From Paraphysomonas bandaiensis (lineage: Eukaryota; Protista; Chrysophyceae): a DNA stretch of 64,000 bases. The translations under genes were made by a program, and so were the position numbers. Location: assembly GCA_965644295.1 (NCBI GenBank), contig CBFFRP010000380.1, forward strand, positions 124,001 through 188,000, given 5' to 3'. Under the pieces are notes generated by a model. That model was not told the DNA's origin. It ran no database searches and saw only the letters and a list, made by a program, of their open reading frames with translations. Positions 11,588 to 24,800 of this stretch are shown here, in pieces; the first letter of the stretch is position 1, and each line of letters starts with the position of its first letter.

Positions 11588-14024
11588 TCAAGATTTAACT
11601 TTCTTTCCTTTTTTCCCTTTCCTTCTCTTTGCTTTCTTCTCAGGCATTTTCCGCCAATATTCTTTTGGAAGAGGGTTTACCATTAACCCTTCGATGGGGT
11701 CTTTCATATTCTCCAAGCATATAGCCTATATGTAAGCGATTAACTATTACCATATTTCGTTTCACGGATAGCACTACCTCATTTCGATCTTGGGGTGTGA
11801 CAAGAGCCTTCTCAATGACAGTCATATCAACACCAGGACAATGTTTTTCCAGCGCTTCATATACCCTGTTGCATTCTTCTAGCTGATGACACCTAAAAAT
11901 ATCTGATCAGGACTGGAACGAAGAAACCCTTCCACTCACCGTAAAGTTCCCTGAGCATCTGGGTACTCCTCAGAATCAAAGCAAGGAAAGTGTTTCTGCA
12001 TGAATTCTGCCGCGCTTGCGTACTTCGGTGGCGGCGGTGGGACCTTTGGTTTAGTTACTGTCGCCTTAGCGGCCTTCGCGGTTTTGTTTTTACCGCCTTT
12101 CTTAGTTGACTTATTCTCAGGAGCGGCATTCATTTCAGTTAGCTTAGCTATATACTCCCTGTACTGCTGTGCCCTGTCATTCTCCCTACTTTGAAGCCAG
12201 GCCTGCTGCTCCTCTGTCATGGGAATTTTTCTAAATCGAGAAAACTGATAGTGGACCTGACAGTGTATTAGAAAGTCGCCGGTAAGCACAAGTACAAACC
12301 TGCAGCTCATTGTCCATATGTGAAATCTCAGCGAACAGCTTTGGCACGTTGGAATTTTTTACTTCAGTTTTGGGTGGTTTTCCTGTTGCTGGGGCGCTTG
12401 ATGACCGTTTAGTCGGTGGGACACTTGGGGGTGCAGGTATAGGAGGGGGGGTCTGAGTCTAAAATACTCAAATGGAGAACATAAGCTACATTTAGTATTG
12501 TTCACCTGCTGTTCGATTGGCTTTGAATTCTTTCGACTCTTAGGAAATCCTTCTGGTGCTTCTATCTTGAACCTCATTGGCACAACCTCCTTCTTTTCGG
12601 ATGTAGAGCGGGACCCTTTCGATTGTACCTACACAACACTTTACATATATCACAGAATCAACAGTCACTTACAGTGGCACCATCTCCTGTTGCTCTGAGG
12701 TTAGTGACGGAGTCAAGAGATTTCAAACTATCTTTTGTCGATTGAATATCCTCGTTATTTTCGGCATCCACGATTACGTTGGCAAAGTGTTTCCGTCCCG
12801 AAAGAGGTCTCCGCATAGGAGGAGCATATCTTTACTCACAGATATTGAATGCGATTACGCCACAATACCAGAGCGTCATACCTAGTACTTTCATCATAAT
12901 AATCTTTCTCAGATATATTCTCGGGATTCTGCTTTCCAGCCAGAAAACTAGACGACTCTTCCCTGGATAAATATAACACACCATGAGTTAACCTATCGGA
13001 AAGGATATCTTTTCGAACTCACCTTCTAAGGGTATCAGATTCCAGTCTGCTCTTGTGAAGTGCCCGACGGTCCATAATAAGCGCCACGTTCTGCTTTGCC
13101 TTCCACTCAAATGCCTAGATCAGCCGAAGCATACGTAAGCAAGAACCACAACAACAAGAGTATATCCAACCTCTTGTCTACGTCTCGCAATCCACAGCTC
13201 CTGCATGATCAGCTCCGCTTCCGTCTCAGGCTGATATCCCCCCGTACCCCCACCGGAAAGTGCCATATCGTCGGGTACAACTTCAGGGTATCCTTGCATG
13301 GGCATTTCCCCGCGGTTTAAGGGGGTAATTGGTGGACAGGTCAGTGTAATCTCCCCACCATCGTTACTCACTGCACTGCGAGGAGGAGATCCTGCCTGCA
13401 GACAATGTCATACACGAAGCAAAAATATTGCAATATATGCAATGGATAGTATTCACTTACACTAGTAATATCAAGCTGATCATTGCCACTCGAAGCTCTA
13501 AGTGAGTGGCTACCTCCCAACCTTTTTCCGTGTCTCTGTCGGCCTACAGTATCTACCAATGTGGAGTTTACATTATAGTATACAGGTCAAAACATCTGCA
13601 CTACCTTTGTTTGCATCTGGAAGACTTCTTCTCTCTATTAATTTGTCCGTGAACCACACATAAACCCTACTCACAAAACACTCTCGCTCTATGTCGTCTT
13701 TCACCACAGCACATTCAATAATCAACGTTTCCAATCCCTTCACAAAGTTTCTCTCCCAAATTGCAGGAAGAGAAAGTTTTTGATTCTTCACATATGATTT
13801 AACAAACTTAATCATCTCATAACCAAACTTATCAGAATTAAATACAGAAGTATCAATACGAGAAGATGAACGACCTTCAAGAGGAATAACTCCTATAAGC
13901 ATATGAGTAACATGACTCATCATATATAAGGAATATTACCATCGATTTGACCATTGTATATTAGAAGTAAGTTTCTGTTGATGACTTGTATAAGATGCTC
14001 AATTCTCTCTGCTTTAGCGTTCAT
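11588..14024 (-). CDS. Uncharacterised multi-exon protein with a Lys-rich C-terminus (possibly cilium-associated)
   Basis: Spliceable exons from MNAKAERIEHLIQVINRN through ORFs 13573-13923, 13120-13371 and 11936-12310 to ...VIEKALVTPQDRNE|AICLENMKDPIEGLMVNPLPKEYWRKMPEKKAKRRKGKKGKKVKS*. Function is a guess. Confidence 0.65.
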
Positions 14025-14189
14025 TCCACTGATAGATTATAAGGGACAGTTAATAGAGATTGATTAGATGACAGGCACGTGAATCATGCACAATATCTTG
14101 GTTATTATCAGTATTTCAGTAGCATGAAGTAGCTAGAGATTATAACTGTGTGCAGGTGCATGTACATGTACATGTCTATGTACAATAAG

Positions 14190-14292
14190 GGGACTCTCGT
14201 ATACATATATATGTATAGGAGTGGTATGGTATATGTATGTATGTATATGTATGTATATGTATGTATGTATATGTATGTATATGTATGTATGC
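14190..14292. repeat. (TATG)n-like microsatellite
   Basis: Directly visible between two divergent genes. Confidence 0.85.
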
Positions 14293-14711
14293 ATAGAGGC
14301 ACTACAGCAGTATATGAAACGTTTGTGATTTTAAACTACATTAAAATACGTTAATTTCTTCCACTGTAGTGCGGTATGATACACACCGGTATACAGCACG
14401 GATCCCTACAGTATACCTATGCACTGCTGTACTGTGTATGCAATTCTGTGTATGGTCCAACCTTTCGTACCTACATAGCAGTACCTACCTACAGATGCAT
14501 ATATATACAGCAGTACATACATACATATAATCACATACATACCACTGAATACACACTGCTACATACACAGGCTCTAGTCCACGACTATTCTCAGTAGAGT
14601 TCATCTGCAGCACTCACATACATCACATCAACACATATATATACCATAAAACATCAATCACATCACTCTAACAATCATCACCTACACCCATCACAACTAC
14701 TTACCCTAAAC

Positions 14712-15326
14712 ATGTCCTTCATACGCTACCTGATGAGATGTGACCCTCACATCCATACCCCTCACAGACACCTCACGTCATTAGCCTTCAGCCCTTATCA
14801 CTATACTAATACAATGATCTCTTCATCTCATAGTTGCATGGCATATACAACTAGCAGAAAACTTGCCAAGAAACGACAACGAAAGGATACTATGAAGAGG
14901 ATGACCCGGCAACCGCCATATGCAAAGAGGGATTCAGAGCCAGCTGTACAGACAACACAACAGAAGAGTGATGTGGATGATATGTCTATAAGTTCTGATC
15001 AATTTAGAAACTGTCGACTGTTTGTTTCGAATATCCCGCGCAATGTGGATTGGAAAGTGCTTAAAGATCACTTCAGACAAGTCGGTGACATAGTGTTTGC
15101 GAGCATATCGAAGGATATGGAAACAGGTGAAAGCAAAGGGTGTGGCCTGGTACAGTTTGCTAGCGTAGACGATGCAGCTCGATGTTTGGAAGTCATGAAT
15201 GGGTCTGACCTTGAAGGAAGCAAGTTATATGTTCGCAAAGACATGCAAGAGCGGAAAGGTTCTGGAGGTAGTGTGAAGAGTAAAGTCATCTATAAGTCAA
15301 AGAAACCGAAAATGGATAAGAAGTAG
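14712..15326 (+). CDS. Single-RRM RNA-binding protein (Gbp1/hnRNP M-like RRM)
   Basis: RNP2 RLFVSNIP, DWKVLKDHFRQVG, RNP1 SKGCGLVQF, MNGSDLEGSKLYVRKD. The true start is uncertain. Confidence 0.85.
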   Translation: MSFIRYLMRCDPHIHTPHRHLTSLAFSPYHYTNTMISSSHSCMAYTTSRKLAKKRQRKDTMKRMTRQPPYAKRDSEPAVQTTQQKSDVDDMSISSDQFRNCRLFVSNIPRNVDWKVLKDHFRQVGDIVFASISKDMETGESKGCGLVQFASVDDAARCLEVMNGSDLEGSKLYVRKDMQERKGSGGSVKSKVIYKSKKPKMDKK

Positions 15327-16069
15327 AATTATAAATACTTGTTATAATAATAAGATGCTATACTACAATCAAACCCGTATATCTTTTTCCTATATATATT
15401 AAGATTTCCTAATTCACATATACTTCTTAATATATATTATGCATGTGAATACAAAACAATACAATGAAATAACTATAGATTGGTTATTATATCTGTCTAT
15501 ATAAGATATGTGACTGCACAAGATGTAAACTTTTGGGAGTGCTATTGAAGTTCTGATCTCAGTTATTATTATTAGAATTATTATTATTAAGAGAAAAGTT
15601 AGAAAATTAACGCATGCATGTACTTACTCTCATTTCATATATTCAGCGTTTAGATATATTTGTATGCTCGCATATGTATCGAAGTTTGAGCTAACTATAT
15701 CATGTTACTACTTATGTAAACACAGCGCACTGTTTAATTGATAGTAACAGGCAGCGGTAGCGAGCACGCCTTGTTTCTATGACAGACTAATACCAGAAGT
15801 GTCGTAATAAGCACGTTAAAAAGGTATTACTGAATGAAAAGCATATACAATGTCACAAAAAAAATTTATAACTTTATTCCACAAGGGTATAGCTTTGTAA
15901 TATTACTATGACAACACTTTCATAAATATAAAATTACGACGCATAGAAAAAAACATGTAGTATGTATATGAGATATATATACCTCACATACGGTACTCCA
16001 ACGTTTCGAACTTTGATAACTACAAAATGGAAAGTTCGAATTAAAATAATAATAAATGAAAAATATGTA

Positions 16070-18745
16070 TTAAACAACAATTTCAGAGAGGTCAGCGCCT
16101 GCACTATCAGAAATATTGGAAAATTCGTTTCGTGCTGATTTATTCGTCGAAGAAGTATCAATACAGTTACTTATGTCCTGTGTCGCATTCGGAGAAATAT
16201 CATTTATAGTATTAAACTCTACGGTAAAAAACAATTAGAGAAATATATCCATCGCGGTTCAATTTGGACCAACCTTGCAAAGTAGCAACTAAAGTATCAA
16301 GCTTCATCGGTTTCCCCACTAGTTTATCTGCCCCTGCTGCCAGAAAGGCATTAACATCTTCTTCTACAACATTGCCAGTTACAGCGACAATTGGGCCTGT
16401 ATACCCCATATCTCGGATTATTCTGCACGCTTCTATCCCACTCATATTTGGCATAACTGAGTCCATAAAAATTATATCAATGCGGCCTTCCTCAATTGAT
16501 TCAGTGACAGCCTCTACTGCACCGACACCATCCTCTCTCTGCGTGAAGCGATGACAACACAAATATAAGCAAATAGCACTCCCACCTCAATGATTTCGTT
16601 CACAAAGGGTGACAACGCTCTCGACAGCATTCTTCTACACGTTTTGACATCATCCACTACGAGTGCTCTTTTAAATCTGACTATTTCAGCTTCTACATCG
16701 TCCACAGTGTTGAGGGGCATAATACTGCGACGCTTTTTGGTGTTATATCGGACAAACTCAGTAGAACTTTCAAGTCGAAACTTTGCAATGCTTGAGACCT
16801 CGGCTTGATTGCTCGGAGAAAAAGTATAACACTCAATAGCAGATACGTTTGAAGCCGAACTTGCTTCGCGGTTAAGCACGTACGACGATGCAGGAGACTC
16901 AAGTGATAACGTCACATCAGAGCATACGGGGAGATCTACATGAAAAGCACACCCCTCACCGGGAACACCGGACGATTCCAGAGTCAAAGCCCCTCCATGC
17001 TTGCTCACAATGCACCGCGCGACTACAATACGATGTATTGCTTTTAACATAGAATGCGTGGTTCATTTCTCATACCGTATAACCCAAGGCCTGTGCCCTT
17101 CCCATCACGAGCTTCCGTGACGCTAAATTGCACTCGGTTTTTAAGCACATTTGGTTGATTTTCCTAAATAGGGTGGCTTACTACAGAAGATATGTACAAA
17201 CACTAGACACACCGGAATGATTCCGCACCCCGTGTCTCGTATTGTAATCCTTACAAACACGTCCGTCTGACACACACAAAACTAAGTTAAAGTACACTTA
17301 TGTTACTCTACCTGATATTACCTCAAACTCGTCCTCTGGCGGTAGGAGATGCGCTGACACAGTAACTGACCCCCTAGTAGGAGTAAATTTGAGAGCATTG
17401 CTCAAAATTTTTCGAATTACTTGAGCGAATTTCAAATTATCAATTTTGATGAAGATATTGTTCATTCCGTCAGGAAAGCACTGATTTCCTTTGAATATCA
17501 AGTTAATACCTTCTTCTGACGCCTGGAAAAAACATTACAAATAACCCCATGTAAATTAATTACACACCTGGCTGACAAAAGGCTCTATCCAGCCTTCCAT
17601 TGCCTTAACAAGATTGTGGGGCTGTGGTCGCAACCTTAAGAGCCCGTCCTCTAACTTGTCGAAAAGCAGAAGGCTATTAAGCACATCCACGGCACCCTGA
17701 CATGAAGAGTACACACTGGATGCCGTTGACGTCATACTCACAACCAAGTCTGTCAAGTGTGGCAGATGTGATGTCTGTGTCAGTTCATACTCGAGCTCTC
17801 CTAAATTCCTGGAAACTAACTGTGTTCCCAGAAGCACATTATTCAGTGGTGTCCTCAGTTCATGTGATATGTAGCGAATGAAGTGCTTTGTCAGCTCTAG
17901 TTTATGCTGTGCTTATAGTTATACTTTCAAGATAACATTATCCACACATACCATGAGAACAGCAGACTCGTGACGCAGAAGTCTAGTGGGAACACAAATT
18001 GCCAATATTGCAAATACAATGTCGCACACAATATATGACATTAGCTCCCCAGTTGTCATTGTTGACCAGGTTTGGAATCCGAAGGAAGCCCATATAATGT
18101 GGCCATAGAGAAGGAAAAATACCAAACAACACATGTAAATGAAGTGACATTTCTTTGGGTTTGAAGAGAATGATTCTACGTTGGCCAAAATGGATTGAAT
18201 ATAGATACAGAAAAGCACCAACCACGCAATAATTGTGACTGAAATTACCACACCAGCACATATATTCAATACATGCCTATTTCCTAGAACAATTCCCAGA
18301 TGCCGCAATAGGACAGCAACGGCATATGTCCAGTAGCATACAACAAGACTTTTTTTCTGCCATAAGGAAGTACTGGAGTCTATGAGATAACTACATAGCG
18401 CACCAGAAAAGAGAAGATTCTTTACCCCAAAAGTAAATACAAAGCTAATCGGACACAGTGCATTCGAAACACTAAGTGTGGCTGGAAGCAAAATCCCCAC
18501 AACAATCAATAATCTGGGAAGCAGAGCACTGTGTTTTATGTTGTTGTAATCTAATAATATCTCAAACAGCAGTGGTATAGCGCAACCCAAACAAACAAGA
18601 AGAGTTGATGTGAAGGTACTGGATTGGAGAGATCGATTGAGTATATCACAATCCGCATACGCTCTTTGAAAGATAGCTAACGGCAGTAGAACGATCCCAC
18701 AGGCAACAATCACATGAATGCCAAGTAGTTTAGAGTTAAGATACT
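16070..18745 (-). CDS. Membrane-bound hybrid sensor histidine kinase (multi-TM input + HisKA + HATPase_c + receiver), multi-exon
   Basis: H-box FIRYISHELRTPLN (~17850-17885), N-box ILSNALKFTP, G1 IRDTGCGI, G2 GKGTGLGL, receiver LVVDD...IFMDSVMPNMSG...GKP, hydrophobic 17919-18713. Start exon not resolved. Confidence 0.9.
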
Positions 18746-19477
18746 ACTTCCCATTCTGACTCTTAAAGTGTTAAATGAATAGGCAGATGTTCATAATATG
18801 ACTTAGCAGGTGTATATATTCACCGTAACAGTGACAGTAATATCATTGTGATAGTAGATGTATATAAGTATAAGTGATGCAATGCAACAGGCAGATGCAA
18901 TAGTATAACGTTAATCTATATATACTAGTAGTATATGACTGGTTGCTTGATGTTGCAGTGAGCTCATCGCAAGTTGAGATTCATGAGGCGTACTGCAGCT
19001 ACCTTCATGCATAAATCTACAGCAATTGTATATACAGGTGGACACAAGTGGGCAAAAAAGTATCCCACTACATCGTATGTGCTGCTCGCTGACGCACAAT
19101 ACACAATACGGTAAATATAAAGTCTATATAAAAACAAAAAGTGGTATTATTGAAAAAAACTTGTTGATTTTTACAAATAACATTATAAAATGATTGGTTT
19201 TATATTGTTCGTGCCTACTATAGAGAGTGCTGTATATGAGCAGCAGTACACCTCAAAATACCCCACTTTTTATTAAATAAACCAGAATATACCAATATAC
19301 TATATGCAAAACCCTGATTATTTTGTATATATTAACCACAACCACCACACGGAATTGCAAATATGTATTTGGCTTGTGGGTGTTAAAGAAGAAGAATTGC
19401 ATAGATATCGTGATAGTTTTGTAATGTCGATCATTCAAATGCAATCATTGGCTTATGTCCTACCACTTTAACGGATT

Positions 19478-20347
19478 ATGGTAGAGTTTAGGAATAACAA
19501 GCTTACTGTCGCCCTGATATTTGTTGTATGTGTCACTGTGAGTACATCTTCTCTAACTCGAAATAATAACATTCATACGTTCTATGATATTGCAAGATCT
19601 ACATGTAACAAGGCTAGTGGTCAAGAGTGCACTGATAAAATAACTGGAGAGGAAGTTTTAACGGGGCATACATATCACGTTATGTATGGCATGTTCTTGG
19701 TGCCACTAGCTGAGCAATTACGAAAAGGCAAAATCGAGAATATAAAGCTTTTTGAATTAGGTCTAGGGTGTGCAATGCTGTACGGGACTGGAAGAAGTGT
19801 AGTCTTATGGCAGCGTTTATTTGGAGATAATTTTGAATTGTGGGAGGCTGATATCGACAAGCGTTGCGTTGAAAAGTGGGAGAACGAACACCAGCATGAT
19901 AACGTGCACGTGCTGCACGGAGATGCTTCAAGCACTTCTGATCTATCTCGGTGGCTTGAACTTTCTGGAGGAAATTTTGACGTCATTATCGATGACGCAA
20001 GTCATCAAAATCATCAAATGAAAGTGTCATTTGATTACTTGTTTGATAGAGGTTTGAATCCAGGTGGGCTATATTTTATCGAAGATATATCATTCTCGCG
20101 ATCAGATCCCTTGCCTTGGGGTATTTCTAACCGTGGCGAACCGTTTGCAGAAATAATTCAAACATGGATTGAACAGCTATTAGTACCGGAGTACTATATA
20201 TCCAACAATGATGTGATAATGGAACGACGAAAGAGACATCCTATCCCAAACAATGTGAAATGGATATTCTGTCAGCATGAGGCATGTGTGATTGCCAAGT
20301 GCGAAAAGATTGACTGCAGACCAGTTGTATTTTCGTCACAAAAGTAA
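19478..20347 (+). CDS. Class I SAM-dependent methyltransferase with N-terminal signal/anchor (resembles MycE/TylE-type sugar O-methyltransferases)
   Basis: TDK...HTYHVMY, LFELGLGC motif I, FDVIIDDASH, LNPGGLYFIED; intronless. Confidence 0.8.
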   Translation: MVEFRNNKLTVALIFVVCVTVSTSSLTRNNNIHTFYDIARSTCNKASGQECTDKITGEEVLTGHTYHVMYGMFLVPLAEQLRKGKIENIKLFELGLGCAMLYGTGRSVVLWQRLFGDNFELWEADIDKRCVEKWENEHQHDNVHVLHGDASSTSDLSRWLELSGGNFDVIIDDASHQNHQMKVSFDYLFDRGLNPGGLYFIEDISFSRSDPLPWGISNRGEPFAEIIQTWIEQLLVPEYYISNNDVIMERRKRHPIPNNVKWIFCQHEACVIAKCEKIDCRPVVFSSQK

Positions 20348-21800
20348 GTGAAGGCTAGAATGATTATGTACATATAATTCGTCGTTGTTCCATCGGTGCT
20401 TGTCGATGTGGACAGACACAGCAACGCATACTCAGCTATGTAAAAACTAAATTCTAGTATAAACCTGGATTAAGCCAGAATATGACTTTTCTGTCTTTGT
20501 TAGTATGTTTTAAAAATTATAGTTACTGTATTTTATACTATAGGTAATAATATATTTTTCTAACGTCATTTCATTCTTTTTATATGCTGCTGATAACTGA
20601 ACAACTGATAACTGATAATATACCATACGGAGGTACGTAGCATGACCGCATGAGCACAAGTCATCCAACGCGTGACAATACAATGCTTTCAATGTTTTTA
20701 TTATACTTGCTACATTCTTATAATTTGTAGATACAGGAAGCTTGAATGATTAATTCAGTATATCATCAAAAATATTTTACATCTATGACAGCTAGTATCA
20801 TCGCACACTAACAAACTTCGCGCGCAGAAATAGAAGTATCACCTGATAGTACTCTCTATTCAAGTTGTGGATCAAATGAAATGAGTTTAATCAAGAATCT
20901 CGCCGGTGGTGTCACTGTATTCATGCCAAATCAACGCGAGAATTACGAAATCAACTGGCTGGTTGAGGATTAGATGTTAATGGAGAGTGTGTAAGGAATG
21001 TTCAAAATGGAGGTGACGAGCGCCCAAATCTAAATGAATGTCTTTGCATGTTTGATGATGTTACCTCCTTGTTGGGTAACAAGAATTCTTTATCTCACTT
21101 ACAATGAAACTGCAGAACAAGCTTTAATATTAAGACTGTCAAAATGCGGATGACAAACGTACCACCCAGAAAGTTTTCTATAAAATTAATACAATAAGCT
21201 CAATAGTAGTACAAGAAAAGACTATGGAGAGCTGCTTTCATCTGCACTACTAATATATATAGTGGAGTAGTACTCAGCACTATCAAGGCATACAATATGA
21301 TATAACAATGACAGAACGAGGTGGAGTGATTGTAGATATGTATTATAGTGAGCTATGGCGTTTATCTCCGTTCATTCTGGTTCAGATATATGTAACAGTC
21401 AGCAGTATCTTACCTCATAGATATGTACGTACACTATGCCATATATATATACAGTACATAGATATCAGGCCGGTATCTTTGTACGTGAAATGGCATATGG
21501 ATTTTAGGATATGAGGATCTATACATACACCATATACAACAGACTACAGGTGCTGTAGTGTTGTTGTTAATACAGTGCATTCAATGAGCATGTATATGTA
21601 TGTATATATGTATGTATGTGTGTGTACATATAGATGGTGTGTGTACATATGGTCTCATACATACATATATACATATATCTAGACATCACTTAACACTCTA
21701 CAAATCACTCTATCGGTCCCCTTGACCTCTACCTTCTTCTTCCATCATTGCCCCTCTATTTCTTCTTTCATATCATCAATAAACAATTACAAAATACAGT

Positions 21801-24800
21801 ATGCAGGGCCTTATAGCAGGTCTCATCCTTCTACTCATACATACACATGCATCAGACGATTGTGGCTATCATCTCGATGGAATAGACGATTCTGTATCAT
21901 TTGATATATCGAATGAATTAGATTTGAGGAAATTTACTGCCATGTTGTGGTTTAGAAACAGCTGGAAGGATAAATATGGGCATATACCGCAGTGTATATT
22001 TTCACAGGAGTCGACTGGTATGAACAGAGGGTACAGTTAATTATATATTGTATTGTATCATTATAATGGAATATGATATTATAGTCACAATATGCGCTTG
22101 ATATGGACACCGGAATCAAAGCTTGTTCTTGAGATTCATGAGTATTCACTGACATGTGAACTTGATGTTACTCTTCAGAATGAGAGATGGTACCATTTAG
22201 CCTTTACTGGAGGTTACAAAACGAAGATGAACATATATCTCAATGGTCTTCTAATGAAACATGTGTGCTATCAAGATGTGAGTTATTTGCAATATGTTGG
22301 CTATGGAGTAAACTGTATTCTACACAGCGGGGGACAGTAACTGAAACCATTGTCGTCGTCGATAAACATCCAAGATTTCGACTTCTATCTGGATCAGCAG
22401 TGGTGATTGGATCCAGCCGTATTCACCCCTCTGGTGTGGAGGATAACATGTTCAAGGGCAGCGTGGCAGAGTTTAAGATATATTCTGAAGTGTTGTCTCC
22501 ATCTCAAATACACGAGGTGATGTTCCAGAGATCTGCCCCGCTGGCTGAATCCGCCGTGGTGAGAGTTATGTTTGTTGTTAATACCTCGATTTACCAATCT
22601 CCTTTAGAAGGGATCCGCTCATCGAGCTATATCTGTGGAGCAGTCGCTTATGTTTCCTTGTGATTCTACGACTGGCCCCTCTGCTACTACTCATTATGCG
22701 AGCCCTCCCATTAACCACCGACGCATCTTCCCCCAACGCACTGTTTCTCTGCAAACTGATAGCGAGTCTAAAGGGGATCATACTCTTGCTGGAATGGTAC
22801 ACGAGACCGGATCACCGAATCGGAAGCATCTCCACTTTGGCGATGCTTACCTATCTGCTATGCTCACTGTGGCGGAAGCTAAGCTGTCCTACATGAACCT
22901 TGAGAGTGCCGGGGCTGCAGGTTCTTAATAGTTTCACGCATATGATAATATATTAACCAGTCTTTGTGCAGAGCTACCAAATGACTTGTCCTCGTTTTTT
23001 ATGAGTGTCATGGGGTCAATCGCAGGCATAGTACCGGATGGCGAGGAGGCGCTCATGCATCTCAGCAACTCTCTTTCCAGACATTTTAAAGTACTAATGG
23101 AGGAAGAACATGTGTGGCGTAGCTATAACGAGTATGCCATCAGGTAGAATATTGAGATTTTATGTTGTGCATCGTCACATCACACCCGACAGACTGGAGA
23201 TGCTGGGACACTCTATCGCTTTGCTTTTAAAGCAACCACGGGCGGAAAAGACATCACTAACTGAGCCTAGAAGTAACAAGCGGCCTGTGGTTGCTATTGT
23301 AGCTCCTGTGACATCTAAAGGGGTTCATCCCAGTCGGCTACATCATCTTGCAATTTTTCTCTCTTTACTTCCATCTTTATACGAGACAAGATCAAGGTTC
23401 TCAAAGTGCATGTTCTCATCATTTCTGACGTAAATGTTTAGGGGGTATGAGTATCGTGTCTACATTGCGGCCAATGAGAACGATCCAGTATTTAGCAACG
23501 AGGTGCTGACAGCTGCCGTTTTTGACGGAGCATTCGCCGCTGCGAAAGAGAAATACTACAAAGTTGGTAGTTAATCATTATTTGTACGTTGATAGTAACC
23601 TTGGTTAGGATATGGAAAGTGCCGGGACACCTGTGGAGTCTCTAAACTTCGAGAAGATTCGACATAAGTACGATTTCATTGCCATACCAGTATTCTCTTG
23701 ACTTTGTATTCGTACATAGGTTAATAGTGGTTCCATCATCGATGGTACCTAAGCGTGCTCTATCTGCTCTATTCAACATTCCAACGTTAGTGGCCTACGA
23801 GGATGGGTGTGACTACTTTTACATCGTCAACGATGATCTTCAGTTTAAATCTATGGGTTGGACAGAGGCACTCGTTAACCCTATTAAGAACAATCCGGTG
23901 TATCCTGGACTTGGAGTATCTGGTGGAGTGGACATATCTGACTCAATCACTCCCCAGATCGAGTTCCCATTTTTTCATAGAACTCACGTAAGTATTGGAC
24001 TAGTATCAAAGCCTCAATAACTGACTCGACACAGGTAGAGTTGTTTCCTTGGTGCGGCACGAATCCTTGGGTATTTAAGAACTGGTAATATGGATATCTA
24101 TGGTAGTCTTTTACAGTACTGACAATATTCAGGTGGGAAGACAATTGGCTTACGGACATATATCTGCCTTTCGACTCGGTGTTCTACGAGAGAAGTGTAG
24201 TCGTCGAAAATTACGTTGGTATTGAATCTACTGATACCAATGTCATTGTCGCCGGTATGTAAGGATATCCTCATAAAATCCTGCAATGTGTGTAACCTTA
24301 CGTGTCTCTAATTTCCGCAGTCAAGTCAGCAGATCCTCGGTACGAGGTTACAGAAGGACGTCGAACACCGCCATTTTACGTGGAGGAGGTGGAGAAAGCT
24401 AGGGACAGAATACTGGACATGCTCACACACTCCTCGCATTCAGATGTGGACCGTACCTGTGGTAACTGCTTCTCATGTCGAAACACTGCTTTGTTTTAAA
24501 CAGTATTAATAGAAACTCGCGATTTTAACAATCAAGAATCGGCCAAATATTCTGGAATTGGTACATACAGTGGGGTTACCAATACGTCATACTGCTACAT
24601 GCCCCACCTGCGTGTACCAACTCTAGCCGCTATGCCAATACACTCTCACGGTACTGGTCGCGAGTCCTTGTCTTACATATAGTTCTAATATTCCGTGCTC
24701 ATGTTAGAGGATGCCTTGGATCCCTGTCACACAGGCATAGCAGAGGGCTCTTCACTGAAGAAGTATCAGTACTTAGTTCACGCCGAAGAAGTGCCACATG

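Noticed and set aside
20760-20975. Short coding-looking frame (...MSLIKNLAGGVTVFMPNQRENYEINWLVED*)
   Set aside because: Too short, with no supportable gene model or family match.
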